Shown: piece by piece, positions 27,801-36,257 of the stretch
Layout: the number at the start of each line of letters is the position of its first letter
How positions within the stretch are numbered: the stretch's first letter is position 1
Assembly (NCBI GenBank): GCA_017483765.1
Contig: JAFUVE010000026.1
Span: 87,814 to 151,813 of the forward strand
DNA: 64,000 nt
From: Bacteroidaceae bacterium
GTDB lineage: Bacteria; Bacteroidota; Bacteroidia; Bacteroidales; Bacteroidaceae
Direction: 5' to 3'
Program-made: the position numbers and the translations under genes
Notes under the pieces: generated by a model
Databases searched by the model: none
Told to the model about the DNA's origin: nothing
The model's input: only the letters and a program-made list of their open reading frames with translations

Positions 27801-29388
27801 GGTCGCCGTCCCAGTAGATACGCCAGTTCAGGTCCGACCAGTCCATGAGGTTCAGTGTGGGTATGACCTTGTCGGCAACAGAGCTGATCCAGCCGGATGC
27901 TGTGCTTCGTCCAAAGGAGCCGGGATAGGTGTCCACGAAGTTGGCCATCAGCGCACGTCCGTCGTCACCGCCGGCGTCCACTTTCACATAGATGTCTGCC
28001 GTTGTGGCATTGCGGTAGTTACAGCCGAATTTTCCTCTGCCTTCCTCCAGGCAGGCGAACTGCTCGGCGCCGTGGCGGTAGGGGTTGAAATCGGAGCAGT
28101 GCTGGGCGTCTCCATGTCCGTAGTCGGTGGTGGAGAGGCCCATGCCGTTATCGTCGATGACCATCGATCCGAAGATAATCTCGTCCTTTCCGTCCCAGTC
28201 CACGTCGCCCACGGCGAAGTTGTGGTAGCCGTTGCCGAACCAAGGAGAGCTGCTGTTGTTACATCTCCAGTACCAGCGCTGTTTGAGCTGGTGGGTCTGC
28301 TTGTCAACGTCGAATGCGATGAACTTATGCTGCGTGTAGCAGCCGCGGCCGAGGAAGATGCTGGCATGCCGTCCGTCGAGGAAGGGAGCTCCAAAATAAT
28401 GCTTGGTGGAACGGTGGCCGTAGCTGTCTCCCCATGCCTTTTCCAGGGCATCGTTGTATGCATTGATCTGTGAACTGTATTTGGATTGTTGTGACCAGTC
28501 GATGTACTGGTTGAATTCAGAAGTTTCAAGGCGCTTGAGAGGGTAGTCCATATAATCGGGATGCTCAGCGGGGCCAATCTGGTATGGTTTTCCGGTAGCG
28601 CCATCCAAATAGAGCAGGAACTCATTTCCGGCACTTGTGAAGGCCATGGAACCCGAAGCCAGACGGTTGCGGGTGTCCACATTCATGTTTCCGATTTCAA
28701 GTGTGGTGCCGTCTTCATAGTGGATGACGGTTCCGTCCTCGCAACGGAGGATTACCTCTGCCTTTCCGTCCTCATCCCAGTCGTATGCCACTGCGTCCCA
28801 CTGTTCGTCAGGTCCGGCTATCATGTTCGGACCGAGGTCTATCCACCACAACCGCTTTCCGTTGATGTCGTAGCAGTCGATGTGGTTGAAGCGTACGTTC
28901 TGACCAGTGTTTGTGGCATCGCTGCAGGGACGTTTCACGATGAACTCGGGGACGCCGTCGCCCGTGAGGTCGCCGAGGCTGATGTCGTTCACTGCGTAGT
29001 AGCTGCCGGCAGCGTTTCCGTTCCGGTCAACCGGCTCAATCAGGTTAACCTGCTTGTAGCCGGCACCCCAGCAGGTGACGGCGTCGCATTTAGCCTGCTC
29101 AACGCCTCTGACAACGGGTGCCACCTGATACTGGGTGGACGTGTTGCCGCTGTCGTGGTTGAAGTTGGACCTGGAGAGGTTCGACGCAATCTTCGTGCCG
29201 TTGGCATACAGGTTGTAGGTCACGTCGTAGTATTCCTCTCCGAACACTCTCCAGCTGACGAAGTTGCCACTGGTCCGCGAAGGAACCGCCACCAGGCCGC
29301 GGTCGATCTTGTCGGTCACGCGCTGAGCCTGCAGGTTGTAGAATAGCGGTAGCATCGCCAGGATAAGAATTAGTCGTTTCAGTTTCAT
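24724..29388 (-). CDS. chimeric PL11 lyase-like beta-propeller + autotransporter-associated beta-strand (PATR) repeat region + dockerin-type module
   Basis: 1554-aa ORF with a signal peptide. The N-terminal ~640 aa are YesW-like (DKIDRGLVAV..FVSWRVFG, LGDLTGDGVPEFIVK, YDWDEDGKAEV, GDVDWDGKDEIIFG, PTLWHDHQYRNAMVWQTMGYNQPPH). The middle region has PATR-like repeats (LIKQGDGILTLPAVDMTYTGETNIWAGTVNFNG; LVKEGTGTLTMGNDNTYTGGNFLKGG). The dockerin module is at the C-terminus. Confidence 0.85.
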   Translation of the reverse strand: MKLKRLILILAMLPLFYNLQAQRVTDKIDRGLVAVPSRTSGNFVSWRVFGEEYYDVTYNLYANGTKIASNLSRSNFNHDSGNTSTQYQVAPVVRGVEQAKCDAVTCWGAGYKQVNLIEPVDRNGNAAGSYYAVNDISLGDLTGDGVPEFIVKRPCSDATNTGQNVRFNHIDCYDINGKRLWWIDLGPNMIAGPDEQWDAVAYDWDEDGKAEVILRCEDGTVIHYEDGTTLEIGNMNVDTRNRLASGSMAFTSAGNEFLLYLDGATGKPYQIGPAEHPDYMDYPLKRLETSEFNQYIDWSQQSKYSSQINAYNDALEKAWGDSYGHRSTKHYFGAPFLDGRHASIFLGRGCYTQHKFIAFDVDKQTHQLKQRWYWRCNNSSSPWFGNGYHNFAVGDVDWDGKDEIIFGSMVIDDNGMGLSTTDYGHGDAQHCSDFNPYRHGAEQFACLEEGRGKFGCNYRNATTADIYVKVDAGGDDGRALMANFVDTYPGSFGRSTASGWISSVADKVIPTLNLMDWSDLNWRIYWDGDLCDEYMDSPGTAKAAVVYKPGTGSRLVQCVGSLANDSKNNPGAAGDILGDWREELVLRYGDNAFVIYTTNYPTEYRIPTLWHDHQYRNAMVWQTMGYNQPPHKSYFLGKLEGITQAPPPYTMTGRTEVKNGGTITTTDDHLMVCEFNDTKVNIADGASPYIVTFNVPSSVEGTAASNSTVKKTPINTSYYTCEVSGGALTGSTRLIKQGDGILTLPAVDMTYTGETNIWAGTVNFNGSAANSNVWVNRFGQLNSLAPEATFKSIKADYGSVIRPGGDDAVGIINADSILTLGIGSRVKIDLYSENLAADQIKTKKLSIVKKTWEYGPQYMMPVIEIVEHKLDGAETLEPGRYLIGNVGEVSGSLANIKVEGITSLKSGLEREENGDLYLVLGSVRGASEIVWTGSTSKIWDYATTENFYLLSDENKTPDIFAKGDIVNFNDSAKIFTVELKAGDELPADTIFVNNTTAYTFNGTGAITSGVLVKEGTGTLTMGNDNTYTGGNFLKGGIVKVSSLSNSTQAYGNLGAVTTTLAKFTMENGAELQTTADVKMGSPIRMDGEEGGVINNAKNFVMEKNIAGTQATKKGAGTFDMQGTLTAKKLIVQAGTFNYATASYPYNVLLEGTGNLKGHGFISCPIEVAEKANATLTLSGTAYAAHENKLTGSGTLTIEPTNTSNRVRITGDWSKFKGTIKHTNTSITLPLDNSYGLPAATLDIAEDCNVNNVAKSFRIGKLTGSGNLCGPNSNYQNQSAVSGSNTWIVGNDTLGDFTFAGKLTDSGNNKSVFEKVGSCKMTVSGVWENSGNVKISEGELFTRNKSCLGKGMLTLQPDAILSGTGSLTNTRYTLNGIVQPGLLATSSTGAIDFGGRNVNVGTTGIIRINARKCAEEEVSASKNGCSTLMNIERMTCNGTVEVSVSESHTLAVGDSIRVWDATSSTGSPKLASNVLDPEKGLAWDDSRLNEGLLFVVEATNKPGDVNEDGQVDISDIVAIINQIAGTATYRYADVNNDKNVDISDIVAVINIIAAQ

Positions 29389-29398
29389 AAGTTTAGTA

Positions 29399-29433
29399 TA
29401 GTTTTTAGTTTTTAGTTTTCTGTTGTTTGTTGT
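29399..29433. repeat. 7-bp tandem array (tagtttt x3, then ctgttgt ttgttgt)
   Basis: Lies in the spacer between the two PL11 genes. Confidence 0.7.
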
Positions 29434-29481
29434 TATCCTGGTCTTTCAGGCTGGTGGAGTATCAAAGTCAATTTTCAGCTA

Positions 29482-29643
29482 TTAAGATTCTGCAATGATA
29501 TTGATGACTGCCACGATATCGCTGATATCAACATTCTCGTCGTTGTTGACGTCGGCATACCGGTAGGTGGAGGTGCCGGCAATCTGGTTGATGATGGCCA
29601 CGATGTCTGAAATGTCGACCAGTCCGTCCTCGTTGACGTCGCC
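29482..29643 (-). repeat. dockerin-type module, copy D (coding)
   Basis: GDVNEDGLVDISDIVAIINQIAGTSTYRYADVNNDENVDISDIVAVINIIAES. Confidence 0.8.
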
Positions 29644-31668
29644 TTTCAGCGGTTCAACCTCGTCGATAAGTGGCACTTGCTCCATGTCCATACCGGTTCC
29701 GAGGAAGTAGCCGAGGTTGGTAGGCTGGTTGTAGCCGATGTTCTCGTTCAGTGCCGACATCAGGTATGTGTGGTCGCTCATCAGGTAAGGGAACTTATAT
29801 TCTGTAGGAAACCACGTGGAGAATATCTTCAGGTCTACCAGCCTTGTGGCGTCAGGAACGATGAATTCCTCCCTCCAGTCGCCCAATATGTCTCCGTACC
29901 ATGAGGTGTTGGACTTGGTTCCGTTGATGAAGCTCATGTCGTAGCGGTAGATGGTGAAGACACGTCCGTTCTTCACGCTCTGGATAATGTTCTCGTTGAT
30001 AAGCTGACGCTGCAGAGTGCCGTCGAACCATATGCCCATGTTGCAGGAAGCAGGCTTGTAGCCGAGGTCGCTGCCTTGATAGTCGAAGGCGTTGGAGCCT
30101 GCCATCCAGAACTCGCATCCTGGGTGGTCGGGGTCGATGTCGGCCACCATGCAGCGTCCCATGTCGTTGTCTTCCGTGCCCACCTTGCTCCAGATGACCT
30201 TACCCGTTGCTGCGTCGTGGAGTGCAACCTGTGTCTTTCCGCTTTCAAGGCAGTGGTACATCTGAAGGCCATCGCGGTCGGGCAGGAACTTACCGACGTG
30301 GTTGGCGTCTCCGTGTCCGAGCTTGGTGGTCCAGAGCCCGATACCGTCCTGGTCGAGCGCCATGCTTCCGTACATAATCTCGTCGTATCCGTCGCCGTCG
30401 AGGTCTGCAACGTTGAGTGAGTGGTTGCCCTGGCCGGCATATGCGCTGTTGGGGTTGCCGTCCTTTCCCTTCCCGCTCTTGGAGGTGTCGAAAGTCCAGG
30501 CGATGGAGAGCTTTCCGTCGCGGTAGTCATAGCGCCGGATGACAGAGCGGGCGTACACGCCACGTCCGACCACGACCGACGGCAGCCCCGTGTCGTCGAA
30601 GCAGCCTACGCCGATTCGGAAGGAGCAGGCGCGCTTCCAGTAGCCGTCGCCCCAGGACTCGCTCGTGTCCCGGTTGATGAAGTTCTCTCGGGCCAGCTCC
30701 TTGCCGGTCTGGCCGTCGATGATGGATAGGAATTCCGGGCCCGCCGAGTTATAGTGGTCCACCCATCCGTTATTTCCCCATGTACGGTAGTCGATTTTCC
30801 CGTCGCCGTTCGTGTCGGGGATTGCTTGCCCGTCGCCGAAGACGGTGCCCTCGCAGGTGCGTATCGCCATCTCGGCACATCCGTCGCCGTCGAAGTCGGC
30901 TATGGCGAAACTGGAGCTGTTGCCCAGGATGATACCCGGACCTCCCTTGACGCGCCACAGGAACGTGCCGTCAAGCTTGTAGGCGTCCCAGATCACGGCA
31001 TAGATGGTGGCGGGGTTGGAGTAGCTGCCACCGATTCCGTACTCGTCGCGAAGCGCACCTGTGGAGGTGTTGTAGGAAGTCTGAAGACGCTTCACCACGA
31101 TTTCCATCTCGCCGTCGCCGTCGAGGTCGCCTACGCTCACGTCGTTGGCCTGATAGACGATGGAGTCGATGCTGCATACGTCCTTTGTGTCCTTCAAGGG
31201 GATGGATATAAAGGGAACTTTAGCTTTGTAGATGTTCTCTCCGACCGTGACGGAGTCCACGCAGAAGGACATGAGTCTTGCCTTTTCCTCCGAGTTCGAC
31301 ACCATGCTCTTCGGTGTGTCGGTGTATTCCTGCTTGATGAGGAAATACGTGGTGGCTGACGATGGAGGTGTAGTCTGGAAGCAGGTTGAGTTGACGACTG
31401 CCTTGATGGTCTTTCGGCTGAGAATGCCGCCATAGTTGGTGGCAGACCTGCTGTAGATGTAGAATCCGGTGTCCCATTTGTCGGTGGGAAGCATGCGCCA
31501 TGACAGCAGCAGCTTGTTGTTGTCCTTAGTGTAGTTGCTGGAGTTGGACGTGTTGCCGATGTTGTTGATGGAGGCCCACATCTTTCGTGGTCCCCGGCAT
31601 GAAGTCTGTGCGTCGATACTGCCCGATGCCAGCATAGCGCAAAATGCGAAGGTAAGCAGTTTTTTCAT
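29482..31668 (-). CDS. PL11-family rhamnogalacturonan lyase-like beta-propeller protein with C-terminal dockerin-type module
   Basis: 728-aa ORF with a signal peptide. FG-GAP/YesW-like motifs are present: VGDLDGDGEMEIVVK, ADFDGDGCAEMAIRT, ADLDGDGYDEIMYG and YLMSDHTYLMSALNENIGYNQPTN. The dockerin module is the last 53 aa. Confidence 0.82.
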   Translation of the reverse strand: MKKLLTFAFCAMLASGSIDAQTSCRGPRKMWASINNIGNTSNSSNYTKDNNKLLLSWRMLPTDKWDTGFYIYSRSATNYGGILSRKTIKAVVNSTCFQTTPPSSATTYFLIKQEYTDTPKSMVSNSEEKARLMSFCVDSVTVGENIYKAKVPFISIPLKDTKDVCSIDSIVYQANDVSVGDLDGDGEMEIVVKRLQTSYNTSTGALRDEYGIGGSYSNPATIYAVIWDAYKLDGTFLWRVKGGPGIILGNSSSFAIADFDGDGCAEMAIRTCEGTVFGDGQAIPDTNGDGKIDYRTWGNNGWVDHYNSAGPEFLSIIDGQTGKELARENFINRDTSESWGDGYWKRACSFRIGVGCFDDTGLPSVVVGRGVYARSVIRRYDYRDGKLSIAWTFDTSKSGKGKDGNPNSAYAGQGNHSLNVADLDGDGYDEIMYGSMALDQDGIGLWTTKLGHGDANHVGKFLPDRDGLQMYHCLESGKTQVALHDAATGKVIWSKVGTEDNDMGRCMVADIDPDHPGCEFWMAGSNAFDYQGSDLGYKPASCNMGIWFDGTLQRQLINENIIQSVKNGRVFTIYRYDMSFINGTKSNTSWYGDILGDWREEFIVPDATRLVDLKIFSTWFPTEYKFPYLMSDHTYLMSALNENIGYNQPTNLGYFLGTGMDMEQVPLIDEVEPLKGDVNEDGLVDISDIVAIINQIAGTSTYRYADVNNDENVDISDIVAVINIIAES

Positions 31669-31719
31669 TCGTTTCCTTTTTTAGTCAGTGTCTTGGTCTT
31701 TGATTTAGTTAATTTTGCG

Positions 31720-31727
31720 CAAATTTA
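31720..31727 (-). promoter_or_regulatory. -7 box TAAATTTG for the PL11/susC operon
   Basis: Plus-strand CAAATTTA lies ~50 nt upstream of the ATG at 31668. Confidence 0.5.
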
Positions 31728-31790
31728 ACCTATATTTATATAATAAATCAGGGTCAATTGTCCAAGATTATGGCGAAATGTACAATTTCC

Positions 31791-34700
31791 TTATTTTCCG
31801 TATTTGCTGGGAGTGACGCCGTATGCCGCCTTGAAGCATTTGTTGAAATAGGAGAGGTCCTGTATGCCTACCTTGTAGCACACTTCTGACACGGTGAACT
31901 CACCGGTGTAGAGCAGTTGGCCTGCAAGCTTCATACGTTCGCTGAGAAGGTACTTGTTGGGCGACAGGCCTGTCAGTTCTTTTGCCTTTCCGTAGAATTT
32001 CGTACGGCCCATGTTCATCAGCTGGGCGAGCTGGTCCATCGTGAAGTCCGGATCGTCGATATGCTGCTGCATGATGCTGTTCATCTTCTCCAGGAACATC
32101 TTGTCAATCCGACTGGTGATGATGGTGTCGGCCGATGCGTTCTGTCTGCTTCCCTTTTCAGAGGCGGATTCGACGTCGGATTGATTTGACTTCTCCTGCA
32201 GTTGACCGGCCAAAGCCTTGTCCTGCTCTCCCCACTTGATGAGCTGTGCCATACGGGCGATGAGAACGTTGAAGTTGCAAGGCTTCACCATGTAGTCGTC
32301 GGCTCCTGCCTTATAGCCTTTGATGATGTAGTCCTCTCCGTCGTGACCGGTCAGCATGATCACGGGAATGTGGGATGTCGTGGGTGTGTCTTTGATTTTC
32401 CTTACCACCTCGAATCCGGTGGTGTCTCCAAGTGATACGTCGCAGATGACGATGGAGGGCAGGAGTGCGCACACCTGTTCGTAGCCCTTCGTTCCGTTGT
32501 CGCATCCTGTGGTGTTGAAGTAGGGGCTGAGTTCGCTGATGAGCAGGTCGAGCATGTCGTGGTCGTCCTCGACGACTATCACCTTGTGGTCGTTCATGGC
32601 CTGAGGAAGCAGCTCCTTGATGAGGGGGCTGGTGTCGCGTTCCCGCTCCTTCTTACCTCCTCCGCTTTCATCCTGCTTGTAGTCGCCTGGGCTGTAAAGT
32701 GATGGGTCATCGGGGATAAGGAGTGTGAAGCGTGAGCCGCTGTCTGTTCGTTCGTAAGTGAGGTCACCCTTGTGGATGCGGGCCATCTGCTGCGAGGTGT
32801 AGAGTCCGATACCGATTCCTCCGGGAGAGGCTTCGCCCTCCATGAATGGGTGGAACAGTTTCTGCTGCCTTTCATTGCTGATGCCGGGCCCGTTATCGTC
32901 AACGCTGATGACGATCTGTCTTTTCTGCTGGTCGAGGGCCATTTTCATAGATATACTGCCTTTATCGGGCGTGTATTTGATGGCGTTCGATAGAAGGTTG
33001 TAGACCACGGTGTCGACGATGTGCTTGTCGAACGGAATCCGGTGTTGCTTGTCGAAGGGGGTGAAGGAGATGTTCTGCTGCTTCTGCTGAGCCATGTTCC
33101 AGAAATCCTGGAAGATGTCTCTGACAAAGGATATGATGTCGTCTTCCTGTACGCGCAGCTTGAAGTTGTCGGTGTTCACCTTCTGGAATTCCATGAGCTG
33201 GTTGACCAGCTGGGACAACCGGCGCGAGCCCCGTTTGACGGTCTGTACCGTCTTCCTGGTGATGCTCTGCGGTTGGGAATCCGCCAGCTTGTCGGCTGCT
33301 CCGGTGATGATGGACAATGGGGTACGGAACTCGTGGGCCACGTGTGTGAAGAAGTCGATTCGGAACTGGTTGACTTGCTTGTCCACTTTCATCTGCTGGT
33401 GAAGGTTGAACCGCACTCTCCAGTTGCGGTAGATATAGTAAGTGATTGCTGCGGCTGCAGCGAGGTAGAGGATCCATGCCCACCATGTGTTCCACCAGGG
33501 GTGGTGGATTGTGATTGGGAGAATGCTCTCCTGGGTGTCGGCGTTGTGTCCGCTGACCGACCGCAGATGGAACGTGTAGTCGCCAGGTGGAAGGTTGCCG
33601 TATTCCACGCTGCTCTCGTTCGTGGCTTCGTTCCATCCGCTCTCATATCCCTCGAGGTAGTACTGGTACATGGAGGACTCGATGTGGTCGTAGTCGAAGT
33701 TTGAGAAGTAGAGCTTCACCGTGTTCTCGTTGTGGCTGAGTGTCAATCCGTCCTTGTCGAAATATTGTGCGCGCCTCTCTCCCTGCGACACGATGGTGCC
33801 GTTGACAGCGATGCTGGTGGTAATGGCTTTTGCCGGTGTGCTCTTCTGGCTTCCTATCGCATCCGGGTTGACAACTGCGATTCCGTTAGCTGTTCCGAAA
33901 GCCAGCCTTCCGTCGCTCAGTCTGATGGCGCAGTTCTGGCTGAAGATGTTGCTCTGGATGTCGTTGCCCATCCTGAAGGTTTCGATAGTCCCGTTTTTCT
34001 GGCTGAGACAAGCCAGCTTCCCTTCTGTCGCTATCCATATATTTCCGTCAGTGTCCTCCACGAATGAGTACACGTTGAAATTGGGCAGGCCCTGCTTGGT
34101 GCCGTACACATCCACTTTTGGCGTTCTGATGTCTGACACGTCGAGATGGAGCGCGCCTGTGCCCATGCCTCCAAGCCAGAGTGTACCGTCGCTTGCCACC
34201 ATCATGCAGTGGATCTCATTGAAAGGAAGCAGGCGGTTTTGGGTGTTATAGCATATGAAATCTTTCTCCGTGATTTGCTTGACGTTCGTGTCGACAGAGT
34301 AGAGACCGTTGTATGTGGCAATCCACATTCGCCCTTTCTGGTCGATGTCGATGTCGTTGATGCGGTTCTCGTTCATGTCGCGGTTCAGGAAGTTCTTAAA
34401 CGTGAGCGGCTTACCCTGCTCATAGCTTGTGGAGAAGAGTCCGTGCTCCCAAGAGGCGATCCAAGTCCGGTTCTGCTTGTCCAGCGCGATGTCGTAGACA
34501 GCGACAGCTGGGAAATAGTGGATGGAGTCCAGTCTGGTGTATTGCTGGCCGTCCACAAAGAAGCCGTTGTTGCGTGTGCCGATCCATGTGTGGCCGTTGC
34601 GGTCGGACATGTAGGCGAAAGGACTGGACTTGAATGAAGCCTCCATCTGGCACTGGCCTGACTCTACATCGAGACGGTACAGGTGGTTCGACCTGGTGCT

Positions 34701-36047
34701 GGCCATGAGCGTACCGTCTGGTTTCCTGTAGAGCATATAGATGTGGTTGGCTCCGACATTGTCGTTTTCAGGTTCCGGTTGTATGTATTTTTCCTCGATT
34801 TGGCCTGTGATGTGTATGGATGCCACTCCTGCGTCCTCCTGACTGACCCATAGACCTCCTGACTTGTCGAACATGACGTCTACGAGATAGTTAGAAGCAA
34901 GGACGGGCTTTTCGTCTGTAGACTTGTAGTGGTCGGTCTGGCCGGTGGATGGGTCGTACACAAACAGGCCGTTTCCGTATGTTGCGATGTAGAACTTGCC
35001 GTCGGGGCCTTTCGTGGTGGTGAACCTTCGGTTACGACCGATGGTGATGTTGATGTCGTCCATCAGGCCAAGGCGTTTCACTGGCCCTTTTTCGGGAAAA
35101 ATGAACAGCGTGCCACCTGATGCAACGCAGCTGTTGCCATCCATCTCATCCAGCAGCAGGGCGTTGCTGCCAACCTGGCAATCTGTGGGAGCGGAGAACT
35201 GCCTTGTGCGGAAGTCCATGACGAGTGTCTTCTGCTCAGCGAATATCACCCACTTGTCCTGCCATACGAAATTTCCGTTTTGCGAACCGACGGTCGCCAC
35301 GTCCCTGGGGATTGGGAGTATGGCCTTCTTCCGTTGGTCGGTTCCGTAGACAAGAACCCGGTTGTCTTTTGTGAGGAAATAGCAATGGTCTTTCCATGCC
35401 GTACCCCGGCTCACAGGTATGCCGGACACGATGGTCTTGAGCCGGTGTTCTGAAGTGACGACAAAGATGTTGTGGTCGGTCACCACCCATATTCCGCCCT
35501 TTTGGTCCTCAATGAGCCTGATGATTTTTCCCTCTTTGAACTCGCCGTCTCCCTTGCTGATGTCATGGCACTGCATGGAGCCGTTCTGGCAAATCACCAT
35601 CCTTATCCTCTCGTCGTCGTACATCCAAAAGGTGTTTTCCGTCTGCAGACATCTCCGGTAGCTCATGTGAGGGTTTTTACCCTGTGCGAAGTCCACGAAG
35701 TCGTTTTTCGTCAGGTCATAGCATGAGTAGGTGTACATGGCTGTCCTGGCCCAAAGAAGATTGTTCTTTGCGTCGAGGTAGATGTTCCCCATGTTTGCCG
35801 GTTGGCTGAATTCTCCCTTTCCAAGCTGGTAGAAGCTGTTGAATGCGTATCCGTCGTATCTGCACAGTCCATAAGCAGTTGCCATCCACAGGTATCCGTC
35901 AGGGTCCTGTGTGATGTCATACACTTTGTTGGACGTCAGTCCGTCGTCGGCTGTGAGATAGCGGCTGACCATCTGACTTTTGTCCGCCGCACCAGCTGTG
36001 GCAGCCATGATGCCCAGGAATAAAAACAGGAATAGTCGTTTCAGCAT
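31791..36047 (-). CDS. hybrid two-component system sensor kinase / response regulator with AraC-type output (HTCS)
   Basis: 1418-aa ORF. It has a periplasmic beta-propeller/Y_Y_Y-type sensor region and a TM segment (WWAWILYLAAAAAITYYIY). The HisKA H-box is HVAHEFRTPLS. It also has an HATPase domain (DDNGPGI), a receiver domain (VIVVEDDHDMLDL..VICDVSL) and a C-terminal AraC HTH. Confidence 0.92.
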   Translation of the reverse strand: MLKRLFLFLFLGIMAATAGAADKSQMVSRYLTADDGLTSNKVYDITQDPDGYLWMATAYGLCRYDGYAFNSFYQLGKGEFSQPANMGNIYLDAKNNLLWARTAMYTYSCYDLTKNDFVDFAQGKNPHMSYRRCLQTENTFWMYDDERIRMVICQNGSMQCHDISKGDGEFKEGKIIRLIEDQKGGIWVVTDHNIFVVTSEHRLKTIVSGIPVSRGTAWKDHCYFLTKDNRVLVYGTDQRKKAILPIPRDVATVGSQNGNFVWQDKWVIFAEQKTLVMDFRTRQFSAPTDCQVGSNALLLDEMDGNSCVASGGTLFIFPEKGPVKRLGLMDDINITIGRNRRFTTTKGPDGKFYIATYGNGLFVYDPSTGQTDHYKSTDEKPVLASNYLVDVMFDKSGGLWVSQEDAGVASIHITGQIEEKYIQPEPENDNVGANHIYMLYRKPDGTLMASTRSNHLYRLDVESGQCQMEASFKSSPFAYMSDRNGHTWIGTRNNGFFVDGQQYTRLDSIHYFPAVAVYDIALDKQNRTWIASWEHGLFSTSYEQGKPLTFKNFLNRDMNENRINDIDIDQKGRMWIATYNGLYSVDTNVKQITEKDFICYNTQNRLLPFNEIHCMMVASDGTLWLGGMGTGALHLDVSDIRTPKVDVYGTKQGLPNFNVYSFVEDTDGNIWIATEGKLACLSQKNGTIETFRMGNDIQSNIFSQNCAIRLSDGRLAFGTANGIAVVNPDAIGSQKSTPAKAITTSIAVNGTIVSQGERRAQYFDKDGLTLSHNENTVKLYFSNFDYDHIESSMYQYYLEGYESGWNEATNESSVEYGNLPPGDYTFHLRSVSGHNADTQESILPITIHHPWWNTWWAWILYLAAAAAITYYIYRNWRVRFNLHQQMKVDKQVNQFRIDFFTHVAHEFRTPLSIITGAADKLADSQPQSITRKTVQTVKRGSRRLSQLVNQLMEFQKVNTDNFKLRVQEDDIISFVRDIFQDFWNMAQQKQQNISFTPFDKQHRIPFDKHIVDTVVYNLLSNAIKYTPDKGSISMKMALDQQKRQIVISVDDNGPGISNERQQKLFHPFMEGEASPGGIGIGLYTSQQMARIHKGDLTYERTDSGSRFTLLIPDDPSLYSPGDYKQDESGGGKKERERDTSPLIKELLPQAMNDHKVIVVEDDHDMLDLLISELSPYFNTTGCDNGTKGYEQVCALLPSIVICDVSLGDTTGFEVVRKIKDTPTTSHIPVIMLTGHDGEDYIIKGYKAGADDYMVKPCNFNVLIARMAQLIKWGEQDKALAGQLQEKSNQSDVESASEKGSRQNASADTIITSRIDKMFLEKMNSIMQQHIDDPDFTMDQLAQLMNMGRTKFYGKAKELTGLSPNKYLLSERMKLAGQLLYTGEFTVSEVCYKVGIQDLSYFNKCFKAAYGVTPSKYGK

Positions 36048-36101
36048 CAGGTTAGTGGTCTTGTTAAAGTTGGTTGTAAAAGGTTATAGAGTTATAAAAT
36101 G

Positions 36102-36109
36102 CAAATATA
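36102..36109 (-). promoter_or_regulatory. -7 box TATATTTG for the HTCS gene
   Basis: Plus-strand CAAATATA lies ~55 nt upstream of the ATG at 36047. Confidence 0.5.
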
Positions 36110-36233
36110 TGAAAAAAATATGATAATGCATAATTTTTTCGCTTTTTCCTTTTATTTTGAATAATAATGTAAGATTTCTTATTTTTGAATTCTAAAAGGG
36201 CGCCATGGATGATGACAGTAAAAAAAATAATTG

Positions 36234-36241
36234 TAACTTTG
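36234..36241 (+). promoter_or_regulatory. -7 box TAACTTTG for the DUF418 gene
   Basis: Exact TAnnTTTG match 17 nt before the ATG at 36258. Confidence 0.5.
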
Positions 36242-36257
36242 CAGAAATAAGCAAGAT

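Noticed and set aside
882-29643. The conserved C-terminal ~53-aa modules as type IX secretion (T9SS) C-terminal domains
   Set aside because: T9SS CTDs are ~70-100-aa beta-sandwich domains without duplicated DxNxDxxxDxxD calcium loops. Here the duplicated EF-hand-loop-plus-helix layout fits dockerins. In addition, one copy is N-terminal.
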